In this document: positions 19,159-27,568 of the stretch, one piece after another
Position numbering within the stretch: position 1 is the first letter of the stretch
Layout: each line of letters begins with the position of its first letter
DNA from: an uncultured Verrucomicrobia subdivision 3 bacterium
Lineage (GTDB): Bacteria > Verrucomicrobiota > Verrucomicrobiia > Limisphaerales > UBA11358
Direction: 5' to 3'
DNA length: 64,000 bases
NCBI GenBank assembly: GCA_903870815.1
Contig: CAIQEI010000066.1
Location: 5,584-69,583, forward strand
The notes under the pieces: model-generated
Told to the model about the DNA's origin: nothing
Databases searched by the model: none
The model's input: only the letters and a program-made list of their open reading frames with translations
Position numbers and translations under genes: made by a program

Positions 19159-20700
19159 ATGAGTCGTCGCCGGAAAATGTTGATCGTTGCCGGCGGCGTC
19201 ATCGGCCTGGCGGTTCTTTTTCCGATCCTCCGCCATTATCAACTGCGTTTTGCCGTTGCAAAATACATTGCCGAATTAAAAGCCAAAGGCGAGCCGATGG
19301 ATTTGGCCCAGGTGACTCCGCCATCGGTGCCGCCGGATCAAAACAGCGCAGCGGATTATCAGAAGGCCGTTTCGATGCTGACCACGAACTGGAATGTCTT
19401 GGGTAGTAATCCGCCGCCGGCAATGCGCATGGTGGTGCCCGGAAAGGCGATGATCGGTTGGAACCAACCCTTGATTCGCGACGCGTTAATAACCAATACG
19501 TGGGAAGAGGCAGAATCGGCATTATCAGCCGAAAAGGACGCTCTGGCGTTGCTTTGCCTATTACCCGACCATCCCACGTTTGATTTCAAAATCGATTTCT
19601 CCATGGGTCCCGAAAAAATCCAATTGCTACATCTTGCCACGTCAAAAAAGGCCGCTCAACGTTTGGCGATTTCAACGCTTTGCAGCCTGCGTCGGGGGGA
19701 TACGGCTTCTGCCGGCAAAAATATTCAGGCGATTCTGTCTCTAGTTAATGGGCTTTCCCATGACCGGGTGGTCATTTCCGAACTGGTGAGGATTGCACTC
19801 GCCCAAATCGCACTGAACGTCAATTGGGAATACCTGCAATCAACCAACGTCACGGATGAACAACTTGCCGTGTTGCAGCGTGATTGGACTAGTCTGGAAT
19901 TTATTCATGCCGAGGAACGTGCATTGGAGCTAGATCGGGCAGACGACCCGATTACTCTGGCCGATTGGCGAAATTCCAATGCCGCGCTTCGAAGCTATTT
20001 CGATATGTGGGAAAACCTCGGATTGCAAGGCCTGGATGGCGCCAGCGACCACCGTATAACGATTTTAGAAAATTTGAGTCTCAACGCCAAAATTTACCTA
20101 TGGCGCTTCTGGTGGTCTTACCCTGATGAATTGCGCACGCTCAAAGTCTACAATGTCCTTTTGGATACAGTGCGGAAGGCCGAAACCAATTGTCCCATGC
20201 TGGCGGCGTTGCACTTGCAGGAAGCTCAGTTGCAAAAACTTTCGATTACTACGAATAGCGAAAATTTATTTTGGTTTGGCAATCCGGAAAAAATGGATAT
20301 GCACAATATCTTGTCCTCATCCGCAACATCTTTGGCCAACGTTTTCAATAAGGAGATGAAAGTCGAAACCGCAAGGCAATTGATTATTGCCGCCATCGCC
20401 CTGAAACGCTTTCATTTGAAGCAAGGCAGCTATCCTGAAAACCTCACCGAACTGATGCCGGATTTCTTGCCGGCAGTTCCATTCGACCCGATCGACGACC
20501 AGCCGTTGCGCTACCGGCGCCATGTGGATGGGACCTTCCTACTTTATTCCATCGGCAACGATGGCGTGGACGATGGCGGCAATCCCAAGCCGTCAGGGGA
20601 TTCCCAATCCCTGCAATGGCAACGCGGCCGCGACTGGGTCTGGCCGCAACCGGCGACGCCGGAAGAAGTTCAATATTATTACGCGCATCCGCCAAAGTGA
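19159..20700 (+). CDS. Hypothetical membrane-anchored protein with GspG-like C-terminal motif
   Basis: N-terminal TM segment MLIVAGGVIGLAVLFPIL. The C-terminal end LLYSIGNDGVDDGGNP resembles the pseudopilin S-x-G-x-DG...DD tail. Lower GC than its neighbours by eye. Confidence 0.55.
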   Translation: MSRRRKMLIVAGGVIGLAVLFPILRHYQLRFAVAKYIAELKAKGEPMDLAQVTPPSVPPDQNSAADYQKAVSMLTTNWNVLGSNPPPAMRMVVPGKAMIGWNQPLIRDALITNTWEEAESALSAEKDALALLCLLPDHPTFDFKIDFSMGPEKIQLLHLATSKKAAQRLAISTLCSLRRGDTASAGKNIQAILSLVNGLSHDRVVISELVRIALAQIALNVNWEYLQSTNVTDEQLAVLQRDWTSLEFIHAEERALELDRADDPITLADWRNSNAALRSYFDMWENLGLQGLDGASDHRITILENLSLNAKIYLWRFWWSYPDELRTLKVYNVLLDTVRKAETNCPMLAALHLQEAQLQKLSITTNSENLFWFGNPEKMDMHNILSSSATSLANVFNKEMKVETARQLIIAAIALKRFHLKQGSYPENLTELMPDFLPAVPFDPIDDQPLRYRRHVDGTFLLYSIGNDGVDDGGNPKPSGDSQSLQWQRGRDWVWPQPATPEEVQYYYAHPPK

Positions 20701-20738
20701 TTGCGCCAGTTTGAATTTCCGCTATAAACCACGACTTC

Positions 20739-21365
20739 ATGCATCAAATCATCCAGAGCTTGAGCGATTGGTATAATCACGCGCTGCAAACCGGTGGCTA
20801 TCCCGCCGTGGCGCTGATGATGGCGGTGGAAAGCTCGCTGTTCCCGCTGCCCAGCGAAATCGTCATCCCGCCGGCGGCGCATTGGGCCCACACGGGCCAG
20901 ATTCCGCTGACGCTCTGGGGCATTGTGCTGGCGGGCACCCTCGGCTCGTGGCTGGGCGCGACCGTGATGTATTGGGCGTCGCGGCTGGCGGGCCGGCCGC
21001 TGGTGCTGCATTTCGGCAAATACGTGTTCATCTCCGCCAAAAAGGTGGAGGGCGCGGAACGCTGGTCGGCGCATTACGGCGCGATGGGCATTTTCATCTC
21101 GCGGCTGCTGCCGGTGGTGCGGCATCTCATCGGCATCCCGGCGGGCATCGTGCGGATGAATTATCTGAAGTTTTCCCTCTTCACGCTGCTTGGCTCGGCA
21201 ATCTGGTGTTCCGTGCTCTGTTGGCTGGGCGTGAAGATGGGCGAAGACCAGGATTTGATGGAGTTGAAATACAAGCACGTCACGCTCTGGCTCGCCGGCG
21301 CGATGCTGGTGCTGGGCGGACTGTATTATTTCTTTGTCCACCGGCACCTGAAGAAAAAATCGTGA
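20739..21365 (+). CDS. DedA family membrane protein
   Basis: VALMMAVESSLFPLPSEIVIPPAA..., 208 aa polytopic. Confidence 0.9.
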   Translation: MHQIIQSLSDWYNHALQTGGYPAVALMMAVESSLFPLPSEIVIPPAAHWAHTGQIPLTLWGIVLAGTLGSWLGATVMYWASRLAGRPLVLHFGKYVFISAKKVEGAERWSAHYGAMGIFISRLLPVVRHLIGIPAGIVRMNYLKFSLFTLLGSAIWCSVLCWLGVKMGEDQDLMELKYKHVTLWLAGAMLVLGGLYYFFVHRHLKKKS

Positions 21366-21368
21366 TTC

Positions 21369-21467
21369 GTTGAAGCGTTGAAGGGTTGAAGCGTAAATTT
21401 CCAATGCCGCACTCGCTCCGGCGATTCCACGAATAAAAAATCCTTTGCGTCTTTGCGCCTTTGCGTG
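21369..21467. repeat. Two 8-bp x3 word arrays (GTTGAAGN; CTTTGCGN) in the dedA-uvrC spacer
   Basis: 21369-21392 gttgaagc gttgaagg gttgaagc. 21443-21467 ctttgcgt ctttgcgc ctttgcgtg. Confidence 0.8.
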
Positions 21468-21479
21468 GAAATTCTCCGC

Positions 21480-23060
21480 GTGCCTGTCGCCGCCGCCATC
21501 CGCAAAAAACTGGGAACCGTCCCGCACAAGCCGGGCGTTTATCTGCACAAGGACCGCTTCGGCACGGTCATCTACGTCGGCAAGGCGCTCGATTTACGGA
21601 AGCGCGTCAGCCAGTATTTCCAATCCAGCCGGCGGCTGGGCTGGGACTTGAAGTTCAACGCGCTCGTGGACGCGATCTGCGATTTCGACGTCCACGTCGT
21701 CAAAAACGAACCGGAAGCGCTGCTGCTCGAAAGCAAGCTCATCAAGGATTTCAAGCCGCGTTTCAATATCAGCCTGCGCGACGATAAACGTTACCTGATG
21801 CTGAAGGTCAACCTGAACGACCCCATTCCGAACTTTACCTTCACGCGGCTGAAAAAGGACGATGGCGCGCGCTACTTCGGGCCGTTCGTGAATTCGCTTG
21901 CGCTGCGCAACACCGTCGCGCTGGCGCGTAAGACGTTCAACCTGCGCGGCTGCCGGGTGTTCACGCCGGGAGCGCCAGACTATAAGCACTGTCTCTATGC
22001 GCACTTGAAATACTGCACCGCGCCGTGCGTCGGCAACGTCACGCGTGAGCAATATCTGGAGCAGGTCACCGCGGCGTGCAATTTCCTGGAAGGCCAGTGC
22101 CGCGAAATGCAGGGCCAGCTCGAAGCGGAGATGATGAAAGCCGCCGCCGCGCATGAATTCGAGAAGGCTGCCGACCTGCGCGACCTCATCCGCGATCTGA
22201 ATGACACATGGAAAAAGACGGAAAAGTTTGCGCGCGTGCCTTACAATCTGCCGCTGGCCATCCATCCCGAACAGGATCTGGTGGAACTTGCCAAAGTCCT
22301 CGGCTTGACTGCGCCGCCGCTGCGCATCGAGGGATTCGATATTTCCAACATCAGCGGCACGTTCGCCGTGGCGTCGCTCGTAAGTTTCAAAAACGGCAGG
22401 CCTGACCGGGCGAATTACCGGCGGTTCAAAATCAAGACGGTCACCGGCCAGGACGACTTCGCCAGCATGGCGGAAGTGGTGCGGCGGCGGTATTCGCGAC
22501 TCAAAAAGGAATCAAAGGAGTTCGCAGATGGGAGATGGCAGATGGGCGAAGACACTCGAAGCAAAGCCCCAACTTCCATCTCCCAACTTCTATCTCCCAA
22601 TTTTCCCGACTTGATCATGGTGGACGGCGGGCGCGGCCAGTTAAACGCCGCGTGTGACGAACTCGTAAAATTAGGATTAGGGAAAATTCCCGTCATCGGC
22701 CTGGCGAAGGAATTCGAGGAAATCTACCTGCCGGAGAAAAGGGCACCGCTGCGGCTCGGTCTGGATCATCCGGCGGTGAAATTGTTGCAGCGGTTGCGAG
22801 ACGAGTGCCATCGGGTGGCCAACAGCTACAACGCGCAATTGCGGCTGAAGAAAATCTCCGAAAGCGTGCTGGACGAATTTCCCGGCATCGGCGACCGGCG
22901 CAAGGCGGCGCTGCTGAAAAAATTCGGCTCCGTGCAGCGGCTCAAAACCGCGACATTGGAACAGCTCGCCGCCGTTCCCGGCTTCGGTGGCAAGGCGGCG
23001 GAAGAGTTGAAAAAGTTTTTGGAGGCACGATCGGTGCAGCAGGCGGCATCCCACATTTAA
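21480..23060 (+). CDS. uvrC: Excinuclease ABC subunit C
   Basis: GIY-YIG PGVYLHKDRFGTVIYVGKALDLRKRVSQYF, UVR domain, endonuclease PDLIMVDGGRGQL, C-terminal HhH. Start set at in-frame GTG 21480, just past the repeat; the ORF-track start is 21453. Confidence 0.93.
   Translation: MPVAAAIRKKLGTVPHKPGVYLHKDRFGTVIYVGKALDLRKRVSQYFQSSRRLGWDLKFNALVDAICDFDVHVVKNEPEALLLESKLIKDFKPRFNISLRDDKRYLMLKVNLNDPIPNFTFTRLKKDDGARYFGPFVNSLALRNTVALARKTFNLRGCRVFTPGAPDYKHCLYAHLKYCTAPCVGNVTREQYLEQVTAACNFLEGQCREMQGQLEAEMMKAAAAHEFEKAADLRDLIRDLNDTWKKTEKFARVPYNLPLAIHPEQDLVELAKVLGLTAPPLRIEGFDISNISGTFAVASLVSFKNGRPDRANYRRFKIKTVTGQDDFASMAEVVRRRYSRLKKESKEFADGRWQMGEDTRSKAPTSISQLLSPNFPDLIMVDGGRGQLNAACDELVKLGLGKIPVIGLAKEFEEIYLPEKRAPLRLGLDHPAVKLLQRLRDECHRVANSYNAQLRLKKISESVLDEFPGIGDRRKAALLKKFGSVQRLKTATLEQLAAVPGFGGKAAEELKKFLEARSVQQAASHI
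22524..22598. repeat. In-frame inverted word array (CAGATGG / CCATCTC) inside uvrC
   Basis: cagatggg agatgg cagatggg (22525-22546), then ...ccatctccc (22576-22584) and tatctccc (22591-22598). gggagatgg (22530-22538) and ccatctccc form a perfect 9-bp inverted repeat. Confidence 0.7.
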
Positions 23061-23395
23061 CCGGCCTTTAGATACGACCAGCCGCACTTTGGACAGGCCG
23101 TTGCCCCTGCCGGAATTTCCGTTTTACAGGCGATGCAGACGGTTGGCTGTTTTTTGTAATTCTCGTCCTCGTAAACTTTCCCCGACAGAGGTTCAGGTTT
23201 GGGTGGGATAGCTGATCCTGGTTGCGCTTTGGGTGCAGGAACATTGATCCAATAAAAAATGACACCAAAGACGGGAACCAAAATAATGACAAGAACCCAG
23301 GTCAGTTTGGTCACTGGTTCAAGATCATTTCGAGACAGCACACCGGCCAGCACAAACAGCCAAAGCATGATCCAGATAATCGTCAAGAGGAACAT
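23057..23395 (-). CDS. Small membrane protein, PLDc_N-like TM domain plus C-terminal zinc ribbon
   Basis: MFLLTIIWIMLWLFVLAGVLSRNDLEPVTKLTWVLVIILVPVFGVIFYWI, then CIACKTEIPAGATACPKCG. Confidence 0.65.
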   Translation of the reverse strand: MFLLTIIWIMLWLFVLAGVLSRNDLEPVTKLTWVLVIILVPVFGVIFYWINVPAPKAQPGSAIPPKPEPLSGKVYEDENYKKQPTVCIACKTEIPAGATACPKCGWSYLKAG

Positions 23396-23483
23396 GTGAG
23401 TGACGGGAAACTAACGAACGCGGGAATAGCTCGCAAGGACATTAACCTGCATCGTTGGGCACGGCGACCGGTGCCGGAGAATT

Positions 23484-24530
23484 TTACGCCAGCGATTTCA
23501 TGTCGATTACGAAGCGGTATTTCACGTCGCTTTTGAGCAGGCGGCCGTAGGCTTCGTTGATTTTTTGGATCGGGATAAGCTCGATGTCGGAGACGATGCC
23601 GTGGTCGGCGCAGAAATCCAGCATCTCCTGGGTCTCGGCGATGCCGCCGATGAGCGAGCCGGCGAACTGGCGGCGCTTGACGATGAGGTTGAACGCATTC
23701 ACGGGCAGCGGCTGCGCCGGCGCACCCACCAGCACCAGCGTAGCGTTGGCCCTAAGCAGTTCCAGGTAGGCGTTGATGTCGTGCGGAGCGGACACGGTAT
23801 CGAGGATGAAATCGAAGCTGTTCAGGTGCCGCTTCATTTCATCCGCGTTTTTGGAAACGACGACCTCCTGCGCGCCGAGGCGGATGGCGTCCTTGGTTTT
23901 CCCCGGCGAAGTGGTGAACAGCACGACGCGGGCGCCAAAGGCGTTCGCGAGTTTGACGCCCATGTGGCCGAGTCCGCCCAGGCCGACGACGCCGACTTTC
24001 TGGCCCTTGCCAATTTTCCAGCGGCGCAGCGGCGAATAGGTGGTGATGCCGGCGCATAGCAACGGCGCGGACGCAGCCAGATCGAGCGATTTCGGCAGGC
24101 GCAGCGCAAAAGTCTCGTCCAACACGATGCTATCCGCGTAGCCGCCGTAGGTCGTACCGCCATGCTTTTTGTCCGGGCTGTTGTAAGTGAACGTCGGCCC
24201 GGCCTCGCAAAGCTGTTCGAGGCCGGCCCGGCAGGGTTCGCAGGCGCGGCAGGAATCCACCATGCAGCCGACGGCGGCCAGGTCGCCTTCCTTGAATTTT
24301 TTCACGCGCGATCCGGCCTTGGTCACGCGCCCGACGATTTCGTGGCCGGGCACGCAGGGATAAATCGTGCCGTGCCATTCATTGCGCGCCTGGTGGACAT
24401 CCGTGTGGCAGACGCCGCAGTATTGGATTTGGATCTGGATTTCCTCCGGATCGGGGTCGCGGGATTGAAAAGTGAACAGGGCCAGCGGGGCGGTGGCATT
24501 GACGGTGGCGTAGGCTTTGGTGGTGGGCAT
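23484..24530 (-). CDS. Zn-dependent NAD(P) alcohol dehydrogenase (cinnamyl-ADH / YahK-like)
   Basis: CGVCHTDVH, GHEIVG, GVVGLGGLGHMGVKLA. Start at MPTTKAY (24530). Confidence 0.9.
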   Translation of the reverse strand: MPTTKAYATVNATAPLALFTFQSRDPDPEEIQIQIQYCGVCHTDVHQARNEWHGTIYPCVPGHEIVGRVTKAGSRVKKFKEGDLAAVGCMVDSCRACEPCRAGLEQLCEAGPTFTYNSPDKKHGGTTYGGYADSIVLDETFALRLPKSLDLAASAPLLCAGITTYSPLRRWKIGKGQKVGVVGLGGLGHMGVKLANAFGARVVLFTTSPGKTKDAIRLGAQEVVVSKNADEMKRHLNSFDFILDTVSAPHDINAYLELLRANATLVLVGAPAQPLPVNAFNLIVKRRQFAGSLIGGIAETQEMLDFCADHGIVSDIELIPIQKINEAYGRLLKSDVKYRFVIDMKSLA

Positions 24531-24634
24531 AAATTTTCCTTTGAGCTTCGAATCTACGCCGCCGGGAAAACTTGTCAATGGACGCGGGAAAAGAATTTCG
24601 TGCCAACGGCTAAAATTCGTGGCTTAATTTCCGC

Positions 24635-25039
24635 ATGAACATTCAAGTGGCGGTGCTCTGCGACGCGGCGACGGACGACAATGGAAAACTGAACCTCCTC
24701 GGCGCGTTTGACACGATTTACGCACCCGAGATGCCGGCCGTGCATCCGCAATGCGCCGTGGCGCTGCGGGTCACCTTCATGCCCGGCGACGAGGGCACGC
24801 GCAAGCTGACGCTGAATTTCATCAACGCCGACGGCAAATCCATCATGCAGGGCATTGAGCTGCCGGTGCCGGTGACACTCCCGGACGACGCGCATTTTCT
24901 CACGCGCAATTTCATCGTGAACATCCAGCAGTTGAAGTTTGCCGAGCCGGAGTTGTATTCGGTGGATGTGCGGCTAGACGATGAGTCGCAGACTAGCATC
25001 CCGCTGCTCGTAAAACTGGTCGAGCGGCCGGTAGTCTGA
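24635..25039 (+). CDS. Hypothetical protein
   Basis: 134 aa, beta-rich, coding-like composition. No confident family assignment. Confidence 0.55.
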   Translation: MNIQVAVLCDAATDDNGKLNLLGAFDTIYAPEMPAVHPQCAVALRVTFMPGDEGTRKLTLNFINADGKSIMQGIELPVPVTLPDDAHFLTRNFIVNIQQLKFAEPELYSVDVRLDDESQTSIPLLVKLVERPVV

Positions 25040-25146
25040 TTTTTTGCAGGGCTGGGGGGGACGAGGCTCCAATCCAAAGGAGATTCCTCAGGTCGACCCC
25101 CCATTTTGGGCTTTGAACTTCGGGCCTCGGCCATTATTTTTTCCGC

Positions 25147-26034
25147 ATGAACGAACCGATTCTCCAGCTCGATTTGCCCGGCATCAAAAAAGTCCGCTCC
25201 GGCAAAGTCCGCGAAGTCTTTGACCTCGGCGACCGCTTCCTGCTCGTCGCCAGCGACCGCATTTCCGCCTTCGACGTCATCATGCCCAACGGCATCCCGC
25301 GCAAGGGCGAAGTACTCACCCAGATTTCGCATTTCTGGTTCGAGAAATTTTCCGCGCTCGTGCCGAATCACCTGCTCGCCCAGGCGGGCGATCCGTTGCC
25401 GATCAATTTGCAGCCATTCACCGCGCAACTGGCGCGCCGCTCGATGATCGTAAAAAAGGCCAAACCGCTCGCTATCGAGTGCATCGTGCGCGGCTACCTT
25501 TCCGGCAGCGGCTGGAAGGAATACAAGAAATCGCAGACGGTCTGTGGGATCCGGCTGCCCGCCGGCCTGACCGAATCCGCCGAGCTGCCGGAACCGATTT
25601 TCACGCCGTCCACCAAGGCCGAGGCCGGGCACGACGAAAACATCTCATTCGCGGAAGCGTGCCAGATTGTCGGCACTGAACTCGCCACGCAGGCGCGCGA
25701 TTTGAGCCTGATGATCTATAAGGCCGGACGCGATTACGCCCGCCAGCGCGGTATCATCATTGCGGACACGAAATTCGAGTTCGGCTTGTTCGAAGGCAAA
25801 CTGATTTTAATCGACGAGGTCTTAACGCCTGATTCCTCACGTTTCTGGCCGGCCGACCAATACGCGCCCGGCAAGGGGCAGCCGAGCTTCGACAAACAAT
25901 TCGTGCGCGATTATCTCGAAACGCTGACCTGGGACAAAACCCCGCCCGGCCCGAAACTGCCGGACGATGTCGTTGTCAAAACCAGCGCGAAGTATCTGGA
26001 GGCGTATGAAAAGCTGACGGGGAAGAAGCTTTGA
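25147..26034 (+). CDS. purC: Phosphoribosylaminoimidazole-succinocarboxamide (SAICAR) synthase
   Basis: KKVRSGKVREVFDLGDRFLLVASDRISAFDVIMPNGIP.KG..L...S.FWF. Confidence 0.95.
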   Translation: MNEPILQLDLPGIKKVRSGKVREVFDLGDRFLLVASDRISAFDVIMPNGIPRKGEVLTQISHFWFEKFSALVPNHLLAQAGDPLPINLQPFTAQLARRSMIVKKAKPLAIECIVRGYLSGSGWKEYKKSQTVCGIRLPAGLTESAELPEPIFTPSTKAEAGHDENISFAEACQIVGTELATQARDLSLMIYKAGRDYARQRGIIIADTKFEFGLFEGKLILIDEVLTPDSSRFWPADQYAPGKGQPSFDKQFVRDYLETLTWDKTPPGPKLPDDVVVKTSAKYLEAYEKLTGKKL

Positions 26035-26160
26035 AGAATGGCTGAATTAGCTGACACGGACGTCATTAATAGGGTGATTTCCTGATTTCAAAACTTCACT
26101 GCCAGGGAGCCACGGTGACCATTACAATGGTGAGTTAACTTTCCACGGCGGCGTTTCGTC

Positions 26161-27141
26161 GTGCAGGCGGCACGCAACTGTCGCTATTCTTCTGACGTGC
26201 AAAACCTGGTCGAAGATTTTCTGCAATACCTGCGCCACGAGCGCGGGCAGTCGGACAACACGGCCAAGACCTACGCCGCGCTGCTCGGCAAATTCACCGC
26301 GTGGGCGGCGAAAGAAAATCTCACGGACTGGCAATCGGTTGAGCTGAAGCATCTGATGGCGTTTCTCTCGCAGGAGCGATTGCGCAGCGCGCCGATCGGC
26401 CGCCCGTCCGCGCGCGAGGGCGCCACGCCCAGGCCCGCGCACCGTCTGAGCGGTGAAAGCGTTTATCTGGAAATCGCCGCGCTGCGGGCGTTTTACAAGT
26501 TTGCCGAGAATGAAAAGATTCTGCCGACGAATCCGGCGGAAAACCTTTCGCTGCCGCGCCGCTGGAAGCGATTGCCGAAAGCGTTGTCGAATGACGATAT
26601 CAAAAAGTTGCTGGAACCGGAAAATCCCGAAACACCCGGAGGTTTGTGCGATCAGGCGATTCTGGAACTGGCTTACGCTTCCGGTCTGCGTTTGTCGGAA
26701 TTAAAAAACCTGCGGCTGGAACAGCTTCACCTCGACGCCGGCTTCATCAACGTCATCGGCAAGGGAAACAAGGAGCGCGTCGTGCCGGTGGGACGCAAAG
26801 CCGTTGAATCGTTGAATCGTTACCTCGAGCTTGGCCGGCCCAAGCTCGTCACGCCAAAATCACCCGCAACTGTTTTTCTGACGCAGCGTGGCACGCCGTT
26901 CGCAGCGGTGACGTTGTGGCTGCACATCAAGAATCGCGTCCGCCGCGCGGGGGTGGAGCGGAACATGACGCCGCACATGCTGCGGCACAGCTTCGCCACG
27001 CATCTGCTGGAACACGGCGCGGACTTGCGCGTGATCCAGGAACTGCTCGGCCACGCGAACATCAGCACGACCGAGATTTACACGCACGTCACGGGCAACC
27101 GGCTGCGCGAGATCCACCGGAAATTTCACCCGCGGGCCTGA
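26161..27141 (+). CDS. Site-specific tyrosine recombinase XerC/XerD
   Basis: C-terminal catalytic region HMLRHSFATHLLEHGADLRVIQELLGHANISTTEIYTHV. The true start is possibly the GTG at 26197 (VQNLVEDFLQYL). Confidence 0.9.
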   Translation: MQAARNCRYSSDVQNLVEDFLQYLRHERGQSDNTAKTYAALLGKFTAWAAKENLTDWQSVELKHLMAFLSQERLRSAPIGRPSAREGATPRPAHRLSGESVYLEIAALRAFYKFAENEKILPTNPAENLSLPRRWKRLPKALSNDDIKKLLEPENPETPGGLCDQAILELAYASGLRLSELKNLRLEQLHLDAGFINVIGKGNKERVVPVGRKAVESLNRYLELGRPKLVTPKSPATVFLTQRGTPFAAVTLWLHIKNRVRRAGVERNMTPHMLRHSFATHLLEHGADLRVIQELLGHANISTTEIYTHVTGNRLREIHRKFHPRA

Positions 27142-27144
27142 GTC

Positions 27145-27173
27145 TGTAGCGGCGGTCACAGACCGCCGCTACA
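27145..27173. other. Perfect 13-bp inverted repeat (hairpin) between convergent genes
   Basis: tgtagcggcggtc aca gaccgccgctaca. No flanking U-tract on either strand. Confidence 0.6.
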
Positions 27174-27174
27174 A

Positions 27175-27474
27175 TCACTCAAAATCATAGACGACGATTT
27201 TCTTCACGAATGGCTTCACGCATTGCGCGATGAATTCCTGATGCTGCGGGTGCACCTGGTAATCGTCCTGCGCCAGCTTGCTGGTGAAGACGGTGTTGAG
27301 CGCCACTTGGTAGGTCTGGTCCACAACCGGCCGCGGGCTGCCGACCATTTTACCGATGTGAAAAGTGATCAGGCCGGGAATGGTTTTGAGAAGTTTTTCG
27401 CCCCCGGCGATGACCGCGTCGGCCGCTTCGGGTTTTGCCGGGTCCGTCCAAAAAATGACAACGTGTGAAAACAT
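27175..27474 (-). CDS. Dabb (stress-responsive alpha/beta barrel) family protein
   Basis: MFSHVVIFWTDPAKPEAADAVIAGGEKLLKTIPGLITFHIGKM... about 100 aa. Confidence 0.8.
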   Translation of the reverse strand: MFSHVVIFWTDPAKPEAADAVIAGGEKLLKTIPGLITFHIGKMVGSPRPVVDQTYQVALNTVFTSKLAQDDYQVHPQHQEFIAQCVKPFVKKIVVYDFE

Positions 27475-27490
27475 ATTCACGGAATTAAAC

Positions 27491-27555
27491 CGCAAAGGCG
27501 CCAAGGCGCAAAGCAGAATGAAAACTTTCCCCTTCGCGTCTTTGGGTCTTTGTTG
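27491..27555. repeat. Inverted pair of 8-bp word arrays (CGCAAAGG x3 / YCTTTGNG x3)
   Basis: cgcaaagg cgccaagg cgcaaagc (27491-27514), 16 nt, then ccttcgcg tctttggg tctttgtt (27531-27554). About 16/24 complementary. Ends 13 nt before the fabD ATG. Confidence 0.75.
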
Positions 27556-27568
27556 TTAAAATTTTTTC

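Noticed and set aside
21369-21467. Could the short tandem arrays (here and at 27491, 28486, 49613, 52703) be a CRISPR array or minisatellite?
   Set aside because: The units are 8-10 bp (one case with 21-bp phasing) with only 2-4 copies and no unique spacers. There are no cas genes. The scale is far below CRISPR repeats, and they are reported instead as word-array elements.
25040-25146. Purine-related riboswitch (ZTP/pfl or purine) in the purC leader
   Set aside because: The conserved cores as I recall them (for example GGGUCGUGAC and CCGCCUGGGC for ZTP) are not present. The G-run/C-run pairing is better explained as a copy of the GGACGAG(C/G)CTCC dispersed word.
26803-26818. Tandem gttgaatcgttgaatc inside the xerC/D coding region as an inserted element
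   Set aside because: There are only two units, they are in-frame, and they encode an unremarkable ESLNRY segment with no inverted partner. It may be chance reuse of a common word, so it is mentioned under the GTTGAA finding but not called as an insertion.
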